Part shown: one piece after another, positions 29,766 through 41,204 of the stretch
Layout of the letters: every line of letters begins with the position of its first letter
Position numbering within the stretch: the first letter of the stretch is position 1
From: Minutocellus sp. GHC0000111
Taxonomy: Eukaryota
Length of the DNA: 64,000 bases
Assembly: GCA_977018835.1 (NCBI GenBank)
Contig: OZ361260.1
Coordinates: forward strand, 930,001-994,000
Reading direction: 5' to 3'
The notes under the pieces: generated by a model
What the model saw: the letters and a program-made list of their open reading frames with translations, nothing else
What the model was told of the DNA's origin: nothing
The model's database searches: none
Made by a program: the position numbers and the translations under genes

Positions 29766-30998
29766 CAGCCGTCGGCGCCTTCTTCTTCGCGATGAGGTCT
29801 TGCGAATGCTCCAGAGTCAGCGGGGTGAGCGCAGGACCAAGCTGCTCCGCCTCCGCAATATCCAGTTCTACCGCGGCCGACGGCGCATGTGTCACAACGA
29901 CCGGTCCCTCCTCTCAGCAGACTCTGTCTCCGTCACCTTTGAGTTCCAGAAGAACGACGAGCGTGACGTCACGATTACGCAACACTGCACCCACGACGCC
30001 ACCCTCTGCCCAGTTCGAGCTTGGGCTGCCCTGGTGAAACGAGTCCTAGGGTACCCTAGTACCAACAGCGATACGCCGGTAAATGCCTTCGTGGTCAACG
30101 GCGTATTAAAATACATTCCTGCCACCCGAATAGTTGACAAGATCCGAGCGTCGGCCACAGTGATTGGAGAGGACGTCCTGGGCTGCCATCCCTCTGAATT
30201 CGGATCACACTCCATTCGCAGCGGAGCAGCAATGGCAATGTGTCTAAATGATGTTCCCACGTACACAATCATGCTGGTAGGGCGGTGGTCCAGTGACGCC
30301 TTCCTCAAGTACATCCGTCGCCAGGTCCAAGAATTTACATCCGGAGTCTCCACACGCATGATCCAACAACGAGGTAGGTTCCTTCTTCAACGTGCCCCAC
30401 GCACACTCGACGAGCCATCGCGAAGACCCAAGGACCGACCCCAAATTGCCGCCAATCCTTTGCCGGCATCAACAGTATTGGCCGAAATGCCGGCTTCGGG
30501 ACTCCAATGCCCCCCTTCGCCCTGTTCACCTAAGCACGACACACATTATTGGCCGATCTGTGCTACGGAAAGGAGGAGGGGGAGAGGGACCTCACCCTCT
30601 AAGAAGTTTCATTTACCGCCAATGCCAGCTCCAGTTCACGTAGTTTTAAACTGCATTTCATGTTCTACTAAGTTGCATAGAGTTGGGAGAATCAGCGGAG
30701 GGAGGTACTGTGTTCGATGTATCATCGTTGTGGGCACCGCACGGTGGGGATGAGCTGGCGACGGTGGTTAGCAGCAGGCACTAAAACTGCATTCCTGTAG
30801 TGCCCCCAGTTTTTCTGCTGACCACCACCTTCGCCTCCTCTCGTCTCAACTGACCAAGCCACAACCATCTGCGATTGCTGCCGTTGCAATTGCTAAGTCA
30901 GCTTACAGTACCGGCTCCCAGAGCCTGTCTCTCTCTCTCTCAGTAGTTAGTTAGTTTTAAATTCCCTCAAACCCGTCTAAGAAGTTTCATTTACCGCC
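29005..30998 (+). mobile_element. 5'-truncated tyrosine-recombinase retrotransposon (DIRS/Ngaro-like)
   Basis: RNase H tail overlapping the YR ORF; 23-bp direct repeat TCTAAGAAGTTTCATTTACCGCC at 30598 and 30976. Confidence 0.8.
29243..30530 (+). pseudogene. Tyrosine recombinase of the YR retroelement, frameshifted at ~29823 and ~30365 (end approximate)
   Basis: AFFFAMRSCE, FEFQKND, LCPVRAW, HSIRSGAAMAM and GRWSSDAFLKYIR catalytic residues spread over two frames. Confidence 0.85.
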
Positions 30999-31109
30999 TC
31001 GCCTCGCGATCGCAGGCAGGGCGGCTGCCGCTCTTATCTCGACTCGTTCGACTCGACTCGACTGTAGCGAAAATGCAATGGGGATAACCTCCACCCACAA
31101 CCATGTACA

Positions 31110-31913
31110 ATGCCCTACACGTATTTCCATCGCCGACCGATTAGTCCCCTGCACGCCACCGTTCCCCTATCGTGGCGTGAGCGTGTCGTCTGGTCAGCAG
31201 TGGCTGTGCATGTGATGGTTCTGCTGTATCTCAAGGTCACATCGGCATCATCAGCACCAGAGCAGCCGATGAGGTCACAACTTGACGTGCCCGCATTCCA
31301 TGGCGGGGACCCGAACGATTCCATCTATGGCTCGTGCTTTCAGGGAGCCGATGGATACACGATGTGCAGCCCCTTTCTGTCCGTGGGAGTATTGCTCATC
31401 CCCGACCAGCTGCATATAACGTCCTCAACGCCGCCACAGGTTTTACTTTCGCATCGTCCAGGCGAGGACCTGGGCATACTGCAGCGGCAGGTATCGGCGG
31501 GCGAGACAGCAGAATCGACACTGCGCAATCTGATCAAGGAGAGGATTGGGCTGGACATTCAATCATTGCCCGAGGGGAAGGGTCCGTCACTGCTGGGAAT
31601 GTATTCGAAGCCGCCATCAGAAAGTGGCGCCAATGGCGCTTCTGCTCGCAGGCGCCAGCATACTGCTAGAGCCATGTACGTTCTCCATATATTGTCAATG
31701 TCGCCTGAGAAGCCATACACGGATCTTGTCAAAGTGCCCTTATCGAGAAACGCTCGTCGAGAGCCTCTCCTGAATAAGGTTTCGGATGCCGATCGGGCTG
31801 TCCTCGAAGATTATGTGGACAATGCCGCAGCTATCCGGTACGATGCTATAAGTTCAAGAAGATCGGCACACAATCAAGAGATTGGGCCAGACGTTGTCCG
31901 ATCACTGTGCTAA
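31110..31913 (+). CDS. Membrane-anchored Nudix-fold protein with degenerate Nudix box
   Basis: N-terminal TM; VSAGETAESTLRNLIKERIGL resembles GX5EX7REUXEEXGU; LLGMYS. Confidence 0.55.
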   Translation: MPYTYFHRRPISPLHATVPLSWRERVVWSAVAVHVMVLLYLKVTSASSAPEQPMRSQLDVPAFHGGDPNDSIYGSCFQGADGYTMCSPFLSVGVLLIPDQLHITSSTPPQVLLSHRPGEDLGILQRQVSAGETAESTLRNLIKERIGLDIQSLPEGKGPSLLGMYSKPPSESGANGASARRRQHTARAMYVLHILSMSPEKPYTDLVKVPLSRNARREPLLNKVSDADRAVLEDYVDNAAAIRYDAISSRRSAHNQEIGPDVVRSLC

Positions 31914-32123
31914 TTGATACATATTGGATATACAAAGCTCATATGAATGGCAATCAATTGACAGATAGATAGATGGGATGATTGCATCAATTTTGGGCTA
32001 CTACGAGTACATGTACCGAATTTATGATACGTCCGCTAAACTCTTGGGTGCAGCGCGAACAAAGATTGAGGAGGGAAAGTCAAGAACAATTGCGCATTCA
32101 TTTGCATCGATGATTCAAATTTT

Positions 32124-33645
32124 CTAAACGGGAGCACCGCCGAGGACACCAGGACCGAACCAGTCGCTGCGATCAGCCGGCGACGAGGCGTCCGGCATCT
32201 TTGAGGGACCTGGCCAATTCTGCAGGGACATCATATTGCCGACGGGAGAGGTCATATCGGCCAGGGGCATGGCCGAGACCTCCTTTGTGGGGGGAGATAT
32301 CATTGCGAGGAGAGCTTCGGCGATACTGATATCATGCTGGGAGGTGTTGGATGGGACGGCGGCATTGTCACCGGTAAAGAGATGAGGGTGACGAATGCTG
32401 TCCTCTGTGGACAATGGCTCTGCCTCGATTGTTGGGAGACCAAGCGCAGGAAGAGGTTCTTCTTGCACTGGAGACGGGACGGGCGGGGGGATACAAGTAT
32501 AGTGGTGAGTAACTCCAGCAAGTGCAGGTGGCATTGCATTTTCGTCGAGCTCGTCTTGAGGATAGTATCCATCACGATCGGAATAGTCGTTGGCAGATGG
32601 ACTCGCCTCGTTGCCGACGGATGGACTTATCGCCAAAGGGCTCGTGGGCGGCATCTTGGAGGTGCCGCCAGTATAGTTGGCATGCGGCACGACTACAACA
32701 TCGACAGGTGCGGCGATCTTTTCGGGAGTGGTAATGACGGCGGCGCTCTTCGCCGTTGCTGTTGCCTTGGCGGCGGCGGCGGCACCAATGATGCCGGCAC
32801 GGCGGATCTTCTTGCTACCGTTCCACTTGTTCTTCACGCAGTTGGCAGTACGGCCGGGAAGCTGGGCCGAGATTTGGGACCACCTGTTTGAGTGCAATGG
32901 GATGGATAGTATTGAGATGAGGTGGTATGAAGGTGTTTGGGTGAGAAATGAGCACTTTATGCGTGGGTGGCACAGCGGCGATCTTTGTTCGTCTTCACCA
33001 CTATACAAATCCACCACCAGTAATAGGCCACCCCCCCTACAACCAATCCTCCAATATACTACATTGTTGCCGCATAGCCAAATCAACTCACTTGTTTCCC
33101 AGCTCCTTCTGCAGGCGTATGACGAGGGCCGTCTCCTCCTCGGTCCAATCTCCGCGCTTTACAGCAGGATCAAGAATGTTGAGCCACCTCTCCCGCAGCT
33201 GCTTGGAATTGCGCGACGCGCCGTAGGCCTTGGCAACGTGGATCCAGCGGATGCCGCCGCTGACTCCGGCCCGGTGTCCTTGCTGGTTCTTTTTCTGCTG
33301 CCGTTGCTCCTGATCGACGAGGAGGCGTAGGCGCCGGTCCTCGGCGGCTGTCCACGGGGCGCTCTTCTTCTTCGCCACAGTCTTGGTGGCATTGGTGGCC
33401 GCTGTCTTCTTTCTCTTCTCCTTGGTCACGGTGGCGACTCTCTTCTTGTTCTTATTGGAGGAACTGGCCACGGTTGCCTTCATTGTCATTGCGGTTGGAT
33501 TGCCTGCAGCAGCAGTGGCGGCGGTGGCGGCGGCGGTAGCCTTGACCTCCGCCGCCACCGCCGCTCCAGGGTCGAAACGGACTGGCTCCTTGCGGGAACG
33601 GGAGGTGGATCGGCTGCTAACGTTGGTAATGGTGCTGGACAACAT
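32124..33645 (-). CDS. R2R3-type Myb transcription factor (intron 32884-33091)
   Basis: WTAAEDRRL, RNSKQLRERWLNILDP, GDWTEEE..LGNK/WSQISAQLPGRTANCVKNKWN. Confidence 0.92.
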
Positions 33646-33901
33646 GGTGGAGGATTGACTACTGATCGGCTACTTTGGCCAATCTGCAAATCGTCCAGCC
33701 AAGCAGAAGCCATCGCCAGGTTAGATCCTTCCGGGTTTCTTTTTACACATCGCCGCACTCGAGCTTCACCGAGATCGAGAAATTGCCTTGCGGCGGCATT
33801 CGTCATTCGTCTTGATGTTCCGATGGCAGGGATATCCTGACTACTACTTGACTTGTACATTACCACATTAACCCTTCTGCGTAGTATCTTGATTCAACGC
33901 A

Positions 33902-34690
33902 ATGAGCCTAAGAGCCCTTGGATTCTGCGGTGCTGATGATAGCGTCAGTCCAAAGCTGCTTGGCGTCATCTGCCAGTCCTATCCGTTTGTTGAATTTGGC
34001 GTCTTGTTCCGTCCCGATTTGGAGTGGCAGCCACGATATGCCACGGCGTCGTGGGTCCAGCAATTGGGCGACGTGGCCTCCAAATCGAATGGCCGGATGA
34101 AACTCGCGGCGCACTTGTGTGGCGGAAGGGTCATGGAGGTGCTGAGTGGAGACGATGCCTTCGTATCGACGCTGCCCGCGTTGGGATTCAAGCGTGTGCA
34201 AATCAATGCCACGGCCGTGAACGGGGTGGACACCTCGTCGTTGGCGGCGGCTGTGCCGGCCGTGGCGGCGTTGATGGCACGTCATCCGGAATTGGAATTC
34301 ATTATACAAAAGAATGATGAGACCGAACCACTATGGAGAGGACTGCTCGAAAGTGACGGTGAGAAAATGGGTGCGGTCGGATGCCTCCCATCGAATGTTG
34401 CCATGCTGGTCGATGAGAGCAAGGGAACTGGCGTACTGGCCTCCTCGTGGCCATCTCCACCGGAGGGGTACAACATTGGATATGCCGGTGGTATTGGCCC
34501 TGCCAACATCCAAACGGTGTTGAAGGACGTAACGACGGCAGCCCAAGGGAGAGATATTTGGATTGATATGGAAAGTAGCCTGCGAAGTACCAAGAATGGC
34601 AAAGATGTCTTTGATCTTGACAAATGCTACCGGTGCATTGAGGCCGTTTGCGATATGGGAATATTTGAGCATCCCGATTATCTGAAATGA
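33902..34690 (+). CDS. Uncharacterised TIM-barrel protein, phosphoribosylanthranilate-isomerase-like
   Basis: LAAHLCG, RVQIN, LVDESKGTG, GYAGGIGPAN and WIDMESSLR motifs; intronless. Confidence 0.55.
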   Translation: MSLRALGFCGADDSVSPKLLGVICQSYPFVEFGVLFRPDLEWQPRYATASWVQQLGDVASKSNGRMKLAAHLCGGRVMEVLSGDDAFVSTLPALGFKRVQINATAVNGVDTSSLAAAVPAVAALMARHPELEFIIQKNDETEPLWRGLLESDGEKMGAVGCLPSNVAMLVDESKGTGVLASSWPSPPEGYNIGYAGGIGPANIQTVLKDVTTAAQGRDIWIDMESSLRSTKNGKDVFDLDKCYRCIEAVCDMGIFEHPDYLK

Positions 34691-34865
34691 GGGGGGTCTT
34701 TGTGTTTGGTGGGTTCTCTATGGAATATGCATATAATATATATGCCAAACAGCACAAAAGCCTTTGACTATGAAATGATATCGATATTATGACAAAGACT
34801 TGGCTAGCTAGCTAATAGTTGACAAAATCCAATAGCTTTTTACGTATTAAAAATATGCAACCAAT

Positions 34866-35798
34866 CTATGCAAAACTCGGTACAAGATCCTTGGCCCTTC
34901 GCTTGATGCGGGAGGAATGCATCTTGGATCGCATAAGCCACGTTACCTCCAACGATTGACGAGTTGGCTTCCACGACGCAATTTCATATTCTTTTCCCCA
35001 TTCAATTCTGGCCCACATCCGTTCGTACACAAACATGAGAGCAGTCTTGAAGATGGCGTCACTGCCTGCAATCTTGGATGCGACAGACAAGTCCTTAGAT
35101 ATGAGCAAACCAGCCGCCAGCGTATTGCATATGGCAAAAAGACGCCAAGTCAATGCCTTCACCAGGCTTCGTCCCACGTCATCGGCACCCTTGTCACGAC
35201 CAGCGGAACTCTGGTTCATGAGTCGCTCCCCGATGAACATGGTAAGGGCCTTGGAAAAGAAGTCCGATCCGACGATGGAAAGGGCAACCTTGAGAGATCC
35301 CGAGAATTGCAACGAGGTGAAGAGCGTCACAGATCCGGCAATGAACCTCCAAAGCATTGCCTTGATGGCACTTCGTCTTGCCGACTCGCTGAAGCTTACG
35401 ACCTGGCCATTGATCTGCTCGACCAGGAGGACATTCTTCTTTTCCTCGAGGTCATCAACGAGACGCTGGTACTTGTTGGCCTTGGCGAGGTACTTGATCC
35501 GCTTTGTGTTGGCTTTTTGAAGGCCCCTGTCGAGACTGTTCAAAACAGCTTGATTGCCTTTCGACAGGGTGGACGGCATTTGTCGCAGATTCTTGTCGTC
35601 AGGTGCCACTGCAGGCATGCCCAGGTGCGGATCAGCTGCGACCATGTGCAATGTAGCGATGTTGTGAGAGATTCGTCTACTTCTGCCCCTCCCCGTTGAA
35701 AGTGCCAATGCTGCTGCTGTGCTGGTTGACGACGACGTCGAGAAAGCCTCTACTGCCGTGGAGCAGAGGAAACCGATGAGGAGTAGAAGGTGGTTCAT
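34866..35798 (-). CDS. Plastid-targeted membrane protein with two DUF2061-like repeats
   Basis: Signal peptide ending EA-F plus Ser/Thr-rich transit peptide; RSAIKAMLWRF and RSLVKALTWRL..YERMWARIEWG. Confidence 0.7.
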   Translation of the reverse strand: MNHLLLLIGFLCSTAVEAFSTSSSTSTAAALALSTGRGRSRRISHNIATLHMVAADPHLGMPAVAPDDKNLRQMPSTLSKGNQAVLNSLDRGLQKANTKRIKYLAKANKYQRLVDDLEEKKNVLLVEQINGQVVSFSESARRSAIKAMLWRFIAGSVTLFTSLQFSGSLKVALSIVGSDFFSKALTMFIGERLMNQSSAGRDKGADDVGRSLVKALTWRLFAICNTLAAGLLISKDLSVASKIAGSDAIFKTALMFVYERMWARIEWGKEYEIASWKPTRQSLEVTWLMRSKMHSSRIKRRAKDLVPSFA

Positions 35799-36155
35799 TG
35801 TCTGTTTCACTTTTATTTGTCGTCCAATGCCGAGATTCGATTCAATGGTGGCCAAGCCCTCCAAGCATCGGCTCATTGCCTGCCCAGCCACACAGAAACA
35901 ATTTCTCCGAAAAAATAATTTGGCGGAAATCGGAAAATGTGGCCTCGGTTTTTAATGACGTGGCAAAAGTGCCGGCTTGCTCGCGAAAAGATGGTCCCTC
36001 GACCTCATTCTCTTCAAATAATGGTGTGGAGGCCGGCGGGGAATGGGCGATAGCTAAGCCGGGCACGACGTCCATATTACACCAACTGCTCGGTACGCTA
36101 AAAACAATAGCTCTCTGCAGCATTCCGACGAGCGGACCAAGACAGCACAGAAGCA

Positions 36156-36719
36156 ATGGGCCTCCTGTCAATCCTCAAAAAGGTGAAAGAAAAGGAGAAG
36201 GAGCTTCGGCTGCTGATACTGGGACTGGACAATGCGGGGAAGACGACGATTCTGCGCAAATTCTCCGGCGAACCGATCGATACCATCGAGCCCACCCTGG
36301 GATTCAACATCAAAACTCTCGAGCATGGCGGATACAAGCTCAATTTTTGGGACGTCGGCGGCCAAAAGACCATCCGGGCCTACTGGCGCAACTACTTTGA
36401 GCGGACCGATGGACTGATCTGGGTCGTCGACAGCTCCGACCGGCATCGCTTGGAGCTGTGCCGTGCCGAGCTGCAGGATTTGCTGACGCAGGAGAAGTTG
36501 GCCGGTGCCTCCCTCCTCATTCTGGCCAACAAGCAGGATCTGGCCGGGGCCGCCTCGACCGAGGAGATTGCCAAGATATTGTGCTTGGAAACCGATGACA
36601 AATTCGCCAATCGCCATTGGTCCATCTATGGGTGCAGTGCCGTGACGGGGTCGGGACTCGCCGAGGGGATGGATTGGATGGTGTCTGATATCAGTGGCAG
36701 GATATTCATGCTGAGTTAG
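36156..36719 (+). CDS. ARL2: ADP-ribosylation factor-like GTPase 2
   Basis: [40 protein letters not shown]. Confidence 0.96.
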   Translation: MGLLSILKKVKEKEKELRLLILGLDNAGKTTILRKFSGEPIDTIEPTLGFNIKTLEHGGYKLNFWDVGGQKTIRAYWRNYFERTDGLIWVVDSSDRHRLELCRAELQDLLTQEKLAGASLLILANKQDLAGAASTEEIAKILCLETDDKFANRHWSIYGCSAVTGSGLAEGMDWMVSDISGRIFMLS

Positions 36720-37310
36720 CTACCGGTAGGCTACGTAGCTGCTGCAGAGATTTGCTGAGAAAGCCATTTTTTGGTCACGTAGCCCTCTCTAGCTAGTCTA
36801 CATGTATCTAGGATAAGAAAAAAAAAAAAATAGACTCCATGCATACGCGTGGGAAGGATGGATCATCGCCAATCTACTGCATGCTCAATTCAATGCACTC
36901 GTTTCATTAGATCTACTTGTGAGAGCGACAATGCTGTTCGATCATCATCTCCATCCATCCATGTGCCATCAGTCACAAGTTAGAAAGCTGTCTAGATCTA
37001 CATGTAGCTACGTAGATATCTAGCTAGAGCAGGCAGGCCTCGATCCAACGGGTCGGCTTCCTTTCTCACGCTAACACATTATTGGTACACTGAGAGAAGC
37101 CAGTCTGCCATCCGAGCTCATCCATCATCATCAAGCAGCATTTCGATTTCGATTTCGTTTTATTTCAATTTATTCATCGAAAATACCAATGTCCCATGTA
37201 CACCCGCGCCACCGCCACTAGTACCGCGGGGCTCGCTCGGCTGGCGAAAAATGCGCGAAACGACCCAGCATCCCAGCGACCGACCCAGCGCAAGATGAAG
37301 ATGGCATAAA

Positions 37311-39318
37311 ATGCGAAGCCAAGGCGAACACACACAAGTGGCGTTTGACGACAAAACAATCATGGCCGACGACTCGGAGGCAATGGACGATGTGAACCTG
37401 CCAGGTAGCGAGCAGCAGCCCGATACCTTCACATCTGATCCCGTCATTGATATCGACCCTGCACCGGCTGCCAATGGCCACTCCACCTCAAATGGAGAGG
37501 GCTATGCCAATGGAGAAGCGAACGGCAATGGCACCGGCAGCCCGGCGCGCTCCCCCCCTCGCTCCCTCGACAGCATGGAGATGCTGTCCCTTCCCAAGAA
37601 ACAGTCGGGATTATTCGGTGCTTCGTCCAACCTCGTCAACTCCATCGTCGGGGCCGGCATTGTCGGCATTCCGTATGCTTTCCGACAGGCGGGTTTCATT
37701 GCCGGCCTGGTCCTTCTCGGCTTGGTGGCATTCCTCACCGACCGCAGTCTGAGAGTCATTATTAACCTGGCCACGTACCACCCCAAGCTCAAGAATCGCA
37801 ATGTCCTAACGTTTGAAGCATTGGCTTCGTATCCATTTGGCAAGGTCGGCAAGGCATTCATTCTTGTGAATATGGTAAGTTCCAAGTCCCCCGTGGTTTG
37901 TTGGCATTGGGATACTATTGGGCCGATTGTCAATGTCTAACTGGTTCTTCACTAATCCTCATCCTCCCCATCATCCATCACAGTTCATCATGGCCTACGG
38001 TGCAATGGTCGCATATCTCATCATCATCAAGGATACAGTCCCGACCATCCTTGGCGTGAGTGATGGTGCCTTTAAGCGGGAGATTGTGCTGATTATCTTC
38101 AGCCTCGTCATCATGGTGCCCCTGTCAATGCAAAGGGACATGGCGTCGCTTTCGGTGTGGTCCTTCATTTCGGTCCTTGCTGATGTCATTCTGGTCGGTT
38201 TTGTGGCGGCTTTCGCCCCCATCAAGGAGACTGTGTCCGATGCGGGTGGCTTCGGTTCCGTTCTGGCCAGCAACTGGATCAACCCAACCCTGTTTGTGGG
38301 TCTGGGCGTCCTATCGACGGCGATGGCATGTCAGCACTCGGCGTTCATTGTGTCGGGCTCTATCAGGAACCATACCAGCACTCGTTGGAAGATGGTGACT
38401 GTATCATCGATCAGCTTTGCAACTATTCTCTGTGCTATCATGGGCTTCTGCGGTTTTCTGGGATTCCTCGACGATACGCAAGGCAACATTTTGAATAATT
38501 TCGATGCAGGTAGCGTTGCTGCCAATGGTGCCAGAACGCTCCTGGCCATCACAATGTTCTTCACCTACCCGATGGAATCGTTTGTTGCTCGGCATGTGTT
38601 TGTTATGCTTGTTCATCAGGGTGATATGGATGCCGCACATGCCGACGGAGGTAGAGATGGTGGTGGGATCCTGTGCCTCAACAGAAGGCGACTTTGGACG
38701 CTGGGTATTTACATCCTCGCACTTATACCGGCGCTGTTCTTGAATGATCTTGGCCCCGTTCTTTCAATTACTGGGTCTCTTGGAGGCAGCTGTATCAGTT
38801 ACATTGCCCCGGGTCTGGTGTACTTTGGAGTCAATGGCGATGCCTTCCTTGCCATGTGTTCAAGACTTATTAGCAATCATGCGTCTAAACATACCAAACA
38901 GGATGGCGCTAGTAACATTGAGCTACCCGTCGCGGGAGACGCGGACCAAAAGATTGCAGATGATGGGCAGACATCGGAGCTTCCCGTAGAAGGAGAGCAT
39001 CGGACTATGGTCACGGATTCATCTCTTTCGGGGCCGAAGCCTCTTTGGTGGTACTTTGGCCTCTTTCCTCTTTGGTGCGCCATTGCAAGTCGAGGTAGTA
39101 AGGGGATGCAGCTCAAAATGGAAAAGATCGAGGAAGATCGGGAAAACGTCCACGAGCACGACGGCGTTGATGTCATTGCCAACGACGCAGACTATCAACC
39201 GTCGAGCGGAGGGTTCTGCATGGCGATTTTCTTCATCATCTTTGGTGTCGTCGGCGTTGTTGCAGGCATTACGTCCAATGTGATTGTTCAATACGAAGCT
39301 GCTCATGCTGCTTATTAA
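37311..39318 (+). CDS. Amino-acid transporter, Aa_trans/SLC38A11-like (intron 37875-37983; start may be 37362)
   Basis: NLVNSIVGAGIVGIPYA, YGAMVAYLIIIKD, TQGNILNNF, FTYPMESFVAR; multiple TM helices. Confidence 0.9.
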
Positions 39319-39435
39319 GAAGAGGTTGGCGGCTCATGGCTTGCGGCGCATGGCGCGGGTGTTGCAGTGAAGATATTATGTCGATACATCAATACATTAT
39401 TTTTCTTAATCCTTGTTTTTTAAAAGATTATCTAT

Positions 39436-40731
39436 CTACACTTCGGATAACAGCGACATCTGATCGTCGATTGCCGCATATCTCTTTCTCTTTTTCTTAC
39501 GAAAGCATAGCATTTTCATGCTCATCCGAGCTCTCCTAGTCTTTCTTCTTTTGGTTTCCACCATTACGTGGCTATCTTCAAACCAGGCCCATACGTCTTG
39601 AAATTCTCTAGACCTGGCAGATGAAGAGTCATCATCAGATTGGGCAATAGAAGAGGAAGCTCCATCGACTTCAAATAAGGAAATGGGAATCAGATGTGAC
39701 ATTTCCTCGGTGCTCAAGTCGGCGCCATTCGCATCAGGAGGCGTTTGGGGGCTGCTGCTGCCTTTGGTGCTCATAGTCCCTTGACTGTTTGCGTGTAGAT
39801 CTTTTTCGCTTGGCGCGGCTGGAAAAACTACAAAAGCATAATCACAGCCATTTCCTTGGATATTGGAAGCCGTCCTAGCATCATCCAGAGTCGGGACGTC
39901 GTTGATAGCAGTTTCTTCCATACTGCCCGTAGGTTTCGATGCGGAATCAGAGCTGAAGTATCCCGACGAATCATCATCGTCGTCTTCTAAGTATTCAGAC
40001 ATAAATTTGCTCGCACCTTGGGGCTGATAAACACATTGATGATTAGATGCTGTTTTGAGCAGCCGTAGTCTCTCTCGGCAACGATCTTGCTCTTGGCTGA
40101 TCCTTTGGAGCGTCGTGTCAATGGACTTTGGACGTTGAAGAAGAGGCCGTCTATTGAGGAGCATGGAATCAACGATATCGTCAGATTTAGCATGTCTGAA
40201 CTGAGCCTTGAGCTTGCGAGATGCATGCCTTGCATTTACTCTGGCATTCTCTACTTGAATTATGCCCTTTTCATAGTGGTATCCCGCACCGGAATAGAAT
40301 TCGTCGTTTTGTGATGACCAGGGCTCCGGCGATGGTTGTGGCGGTGGCAATGTCACTTCCTCTTGCTCTCTTTTGGCGTGATACTCTTGAAGGAGTTTTG
40401 CTCGGCGAAGTGCATTGCGGAGAAAAACTTCCTTATCCGAGTTTAGTGTGATGGATGATGAGGTCAGAGAAGACACTATAGATTTGCTTGCCAAAGATCC
40501 CGAGAGAGATTCTGTATCGACAGTAAAACAAGTAGGGCTTGTGGAACCGGATGCCATGTTTGAAAAGTCGGAGGAATTCCTGACCATTGTGCTGAAGAAA
40601 CTGTGGCGACCGCTGTCATTGGAGGTGGCAGGAGCAACTTCGAACATGGGTTCTGGATTGCCATGCATACAACTGAGACTATGAGTCTGCGCATCAGTAA
40701 GAATAGGCATTAGGGCAATTATACCGGTCAC
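39436..40731 (-). CDS. Hypothetical Ser/Asp-rich protein
   Basis: 431-aa ORF; no motif recognised. Confidence 0.5.
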   Translation of the reverse strand: MTGIIALMPILTDAQTHSLSCMHGNPEPMFEVAPATSNDSGRHSFFSTMVRNSSDFSNMASGSTSPTCFTVDTESLSGSLASKSIVSSLTSSSITLNSDKEVFLRNALRRAKLLQEYHAKREQEEVTLPPPQPSPEPWSSQNDEFYSGAGYHYEKGIIQVENARVNARHASRKLKAQFRHAKSDDIVDSMLLNRRPLLQRPKSIDTTLQRISQEQDRCRERLRLLKTASNHQCVYQPQGASKFMSEYLEDDDDDSSGYFSSDSASKPTGSMEETAINDVPTLDDARTASNIQGNGCDYAFVVFPAAPSEKDLHANSQGTMSTKGSSSPQTPPDANGADLSTEEMSHLIPISLFEVDGASSSIAQSDDDSSSARSREFQDVWAWFEDSHVMVETKRRKTRRARMSMKMLCFRKKKRKRYAAIDDQMSLLSEV

Positions 40732-41204
40732 AATGTACGTGCAATTGTATGTATGATTCGTGGCGTAGATCTACAATTTATTTGGAAAGGCACCAGAGAG
40801 GATGCGTGTTCGAACAGGCAGGGTGTGCACTGGAGCATGGAGAGGAGGAACGAACATTGATTTGCTGATTATCGTTCGTCTGTGCTCATCGTAGACCAAC
40901 GGCCCAAAAATCAATCAGTTAACATGTAGAGAGGAGAGAAACGGCTTTTCGGTTACCTCTCGGTGGCGATGTGTGTATTCCCTCACTTTGACCTTGAATA
41001 GGGGAGTCATGTCTCATGACTGACTCGACTCATGACGCGCTTGGCTGGCGGTTTGCGCCACACAGCCGCGCGGCGCCCAACCCCACGAGACTCGACTCAT
41101 CACCGCTCGAGCATGCATAGGCCTACCTGCTGCCTTCGTTGGCACAGCGGTCGCAAGTTTCTGAGTGAGCAGCTTACCCTCTACATTTCAATATTACGTA
41201 GTAC

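Noticed and set aside
29243..30753. Tyrosine recombinase as phage integrase or bacterial contamination
   Set aside because: Overlaps a DIRS-type RNase H tail and is flanked by intron-containing eukaryotic genes
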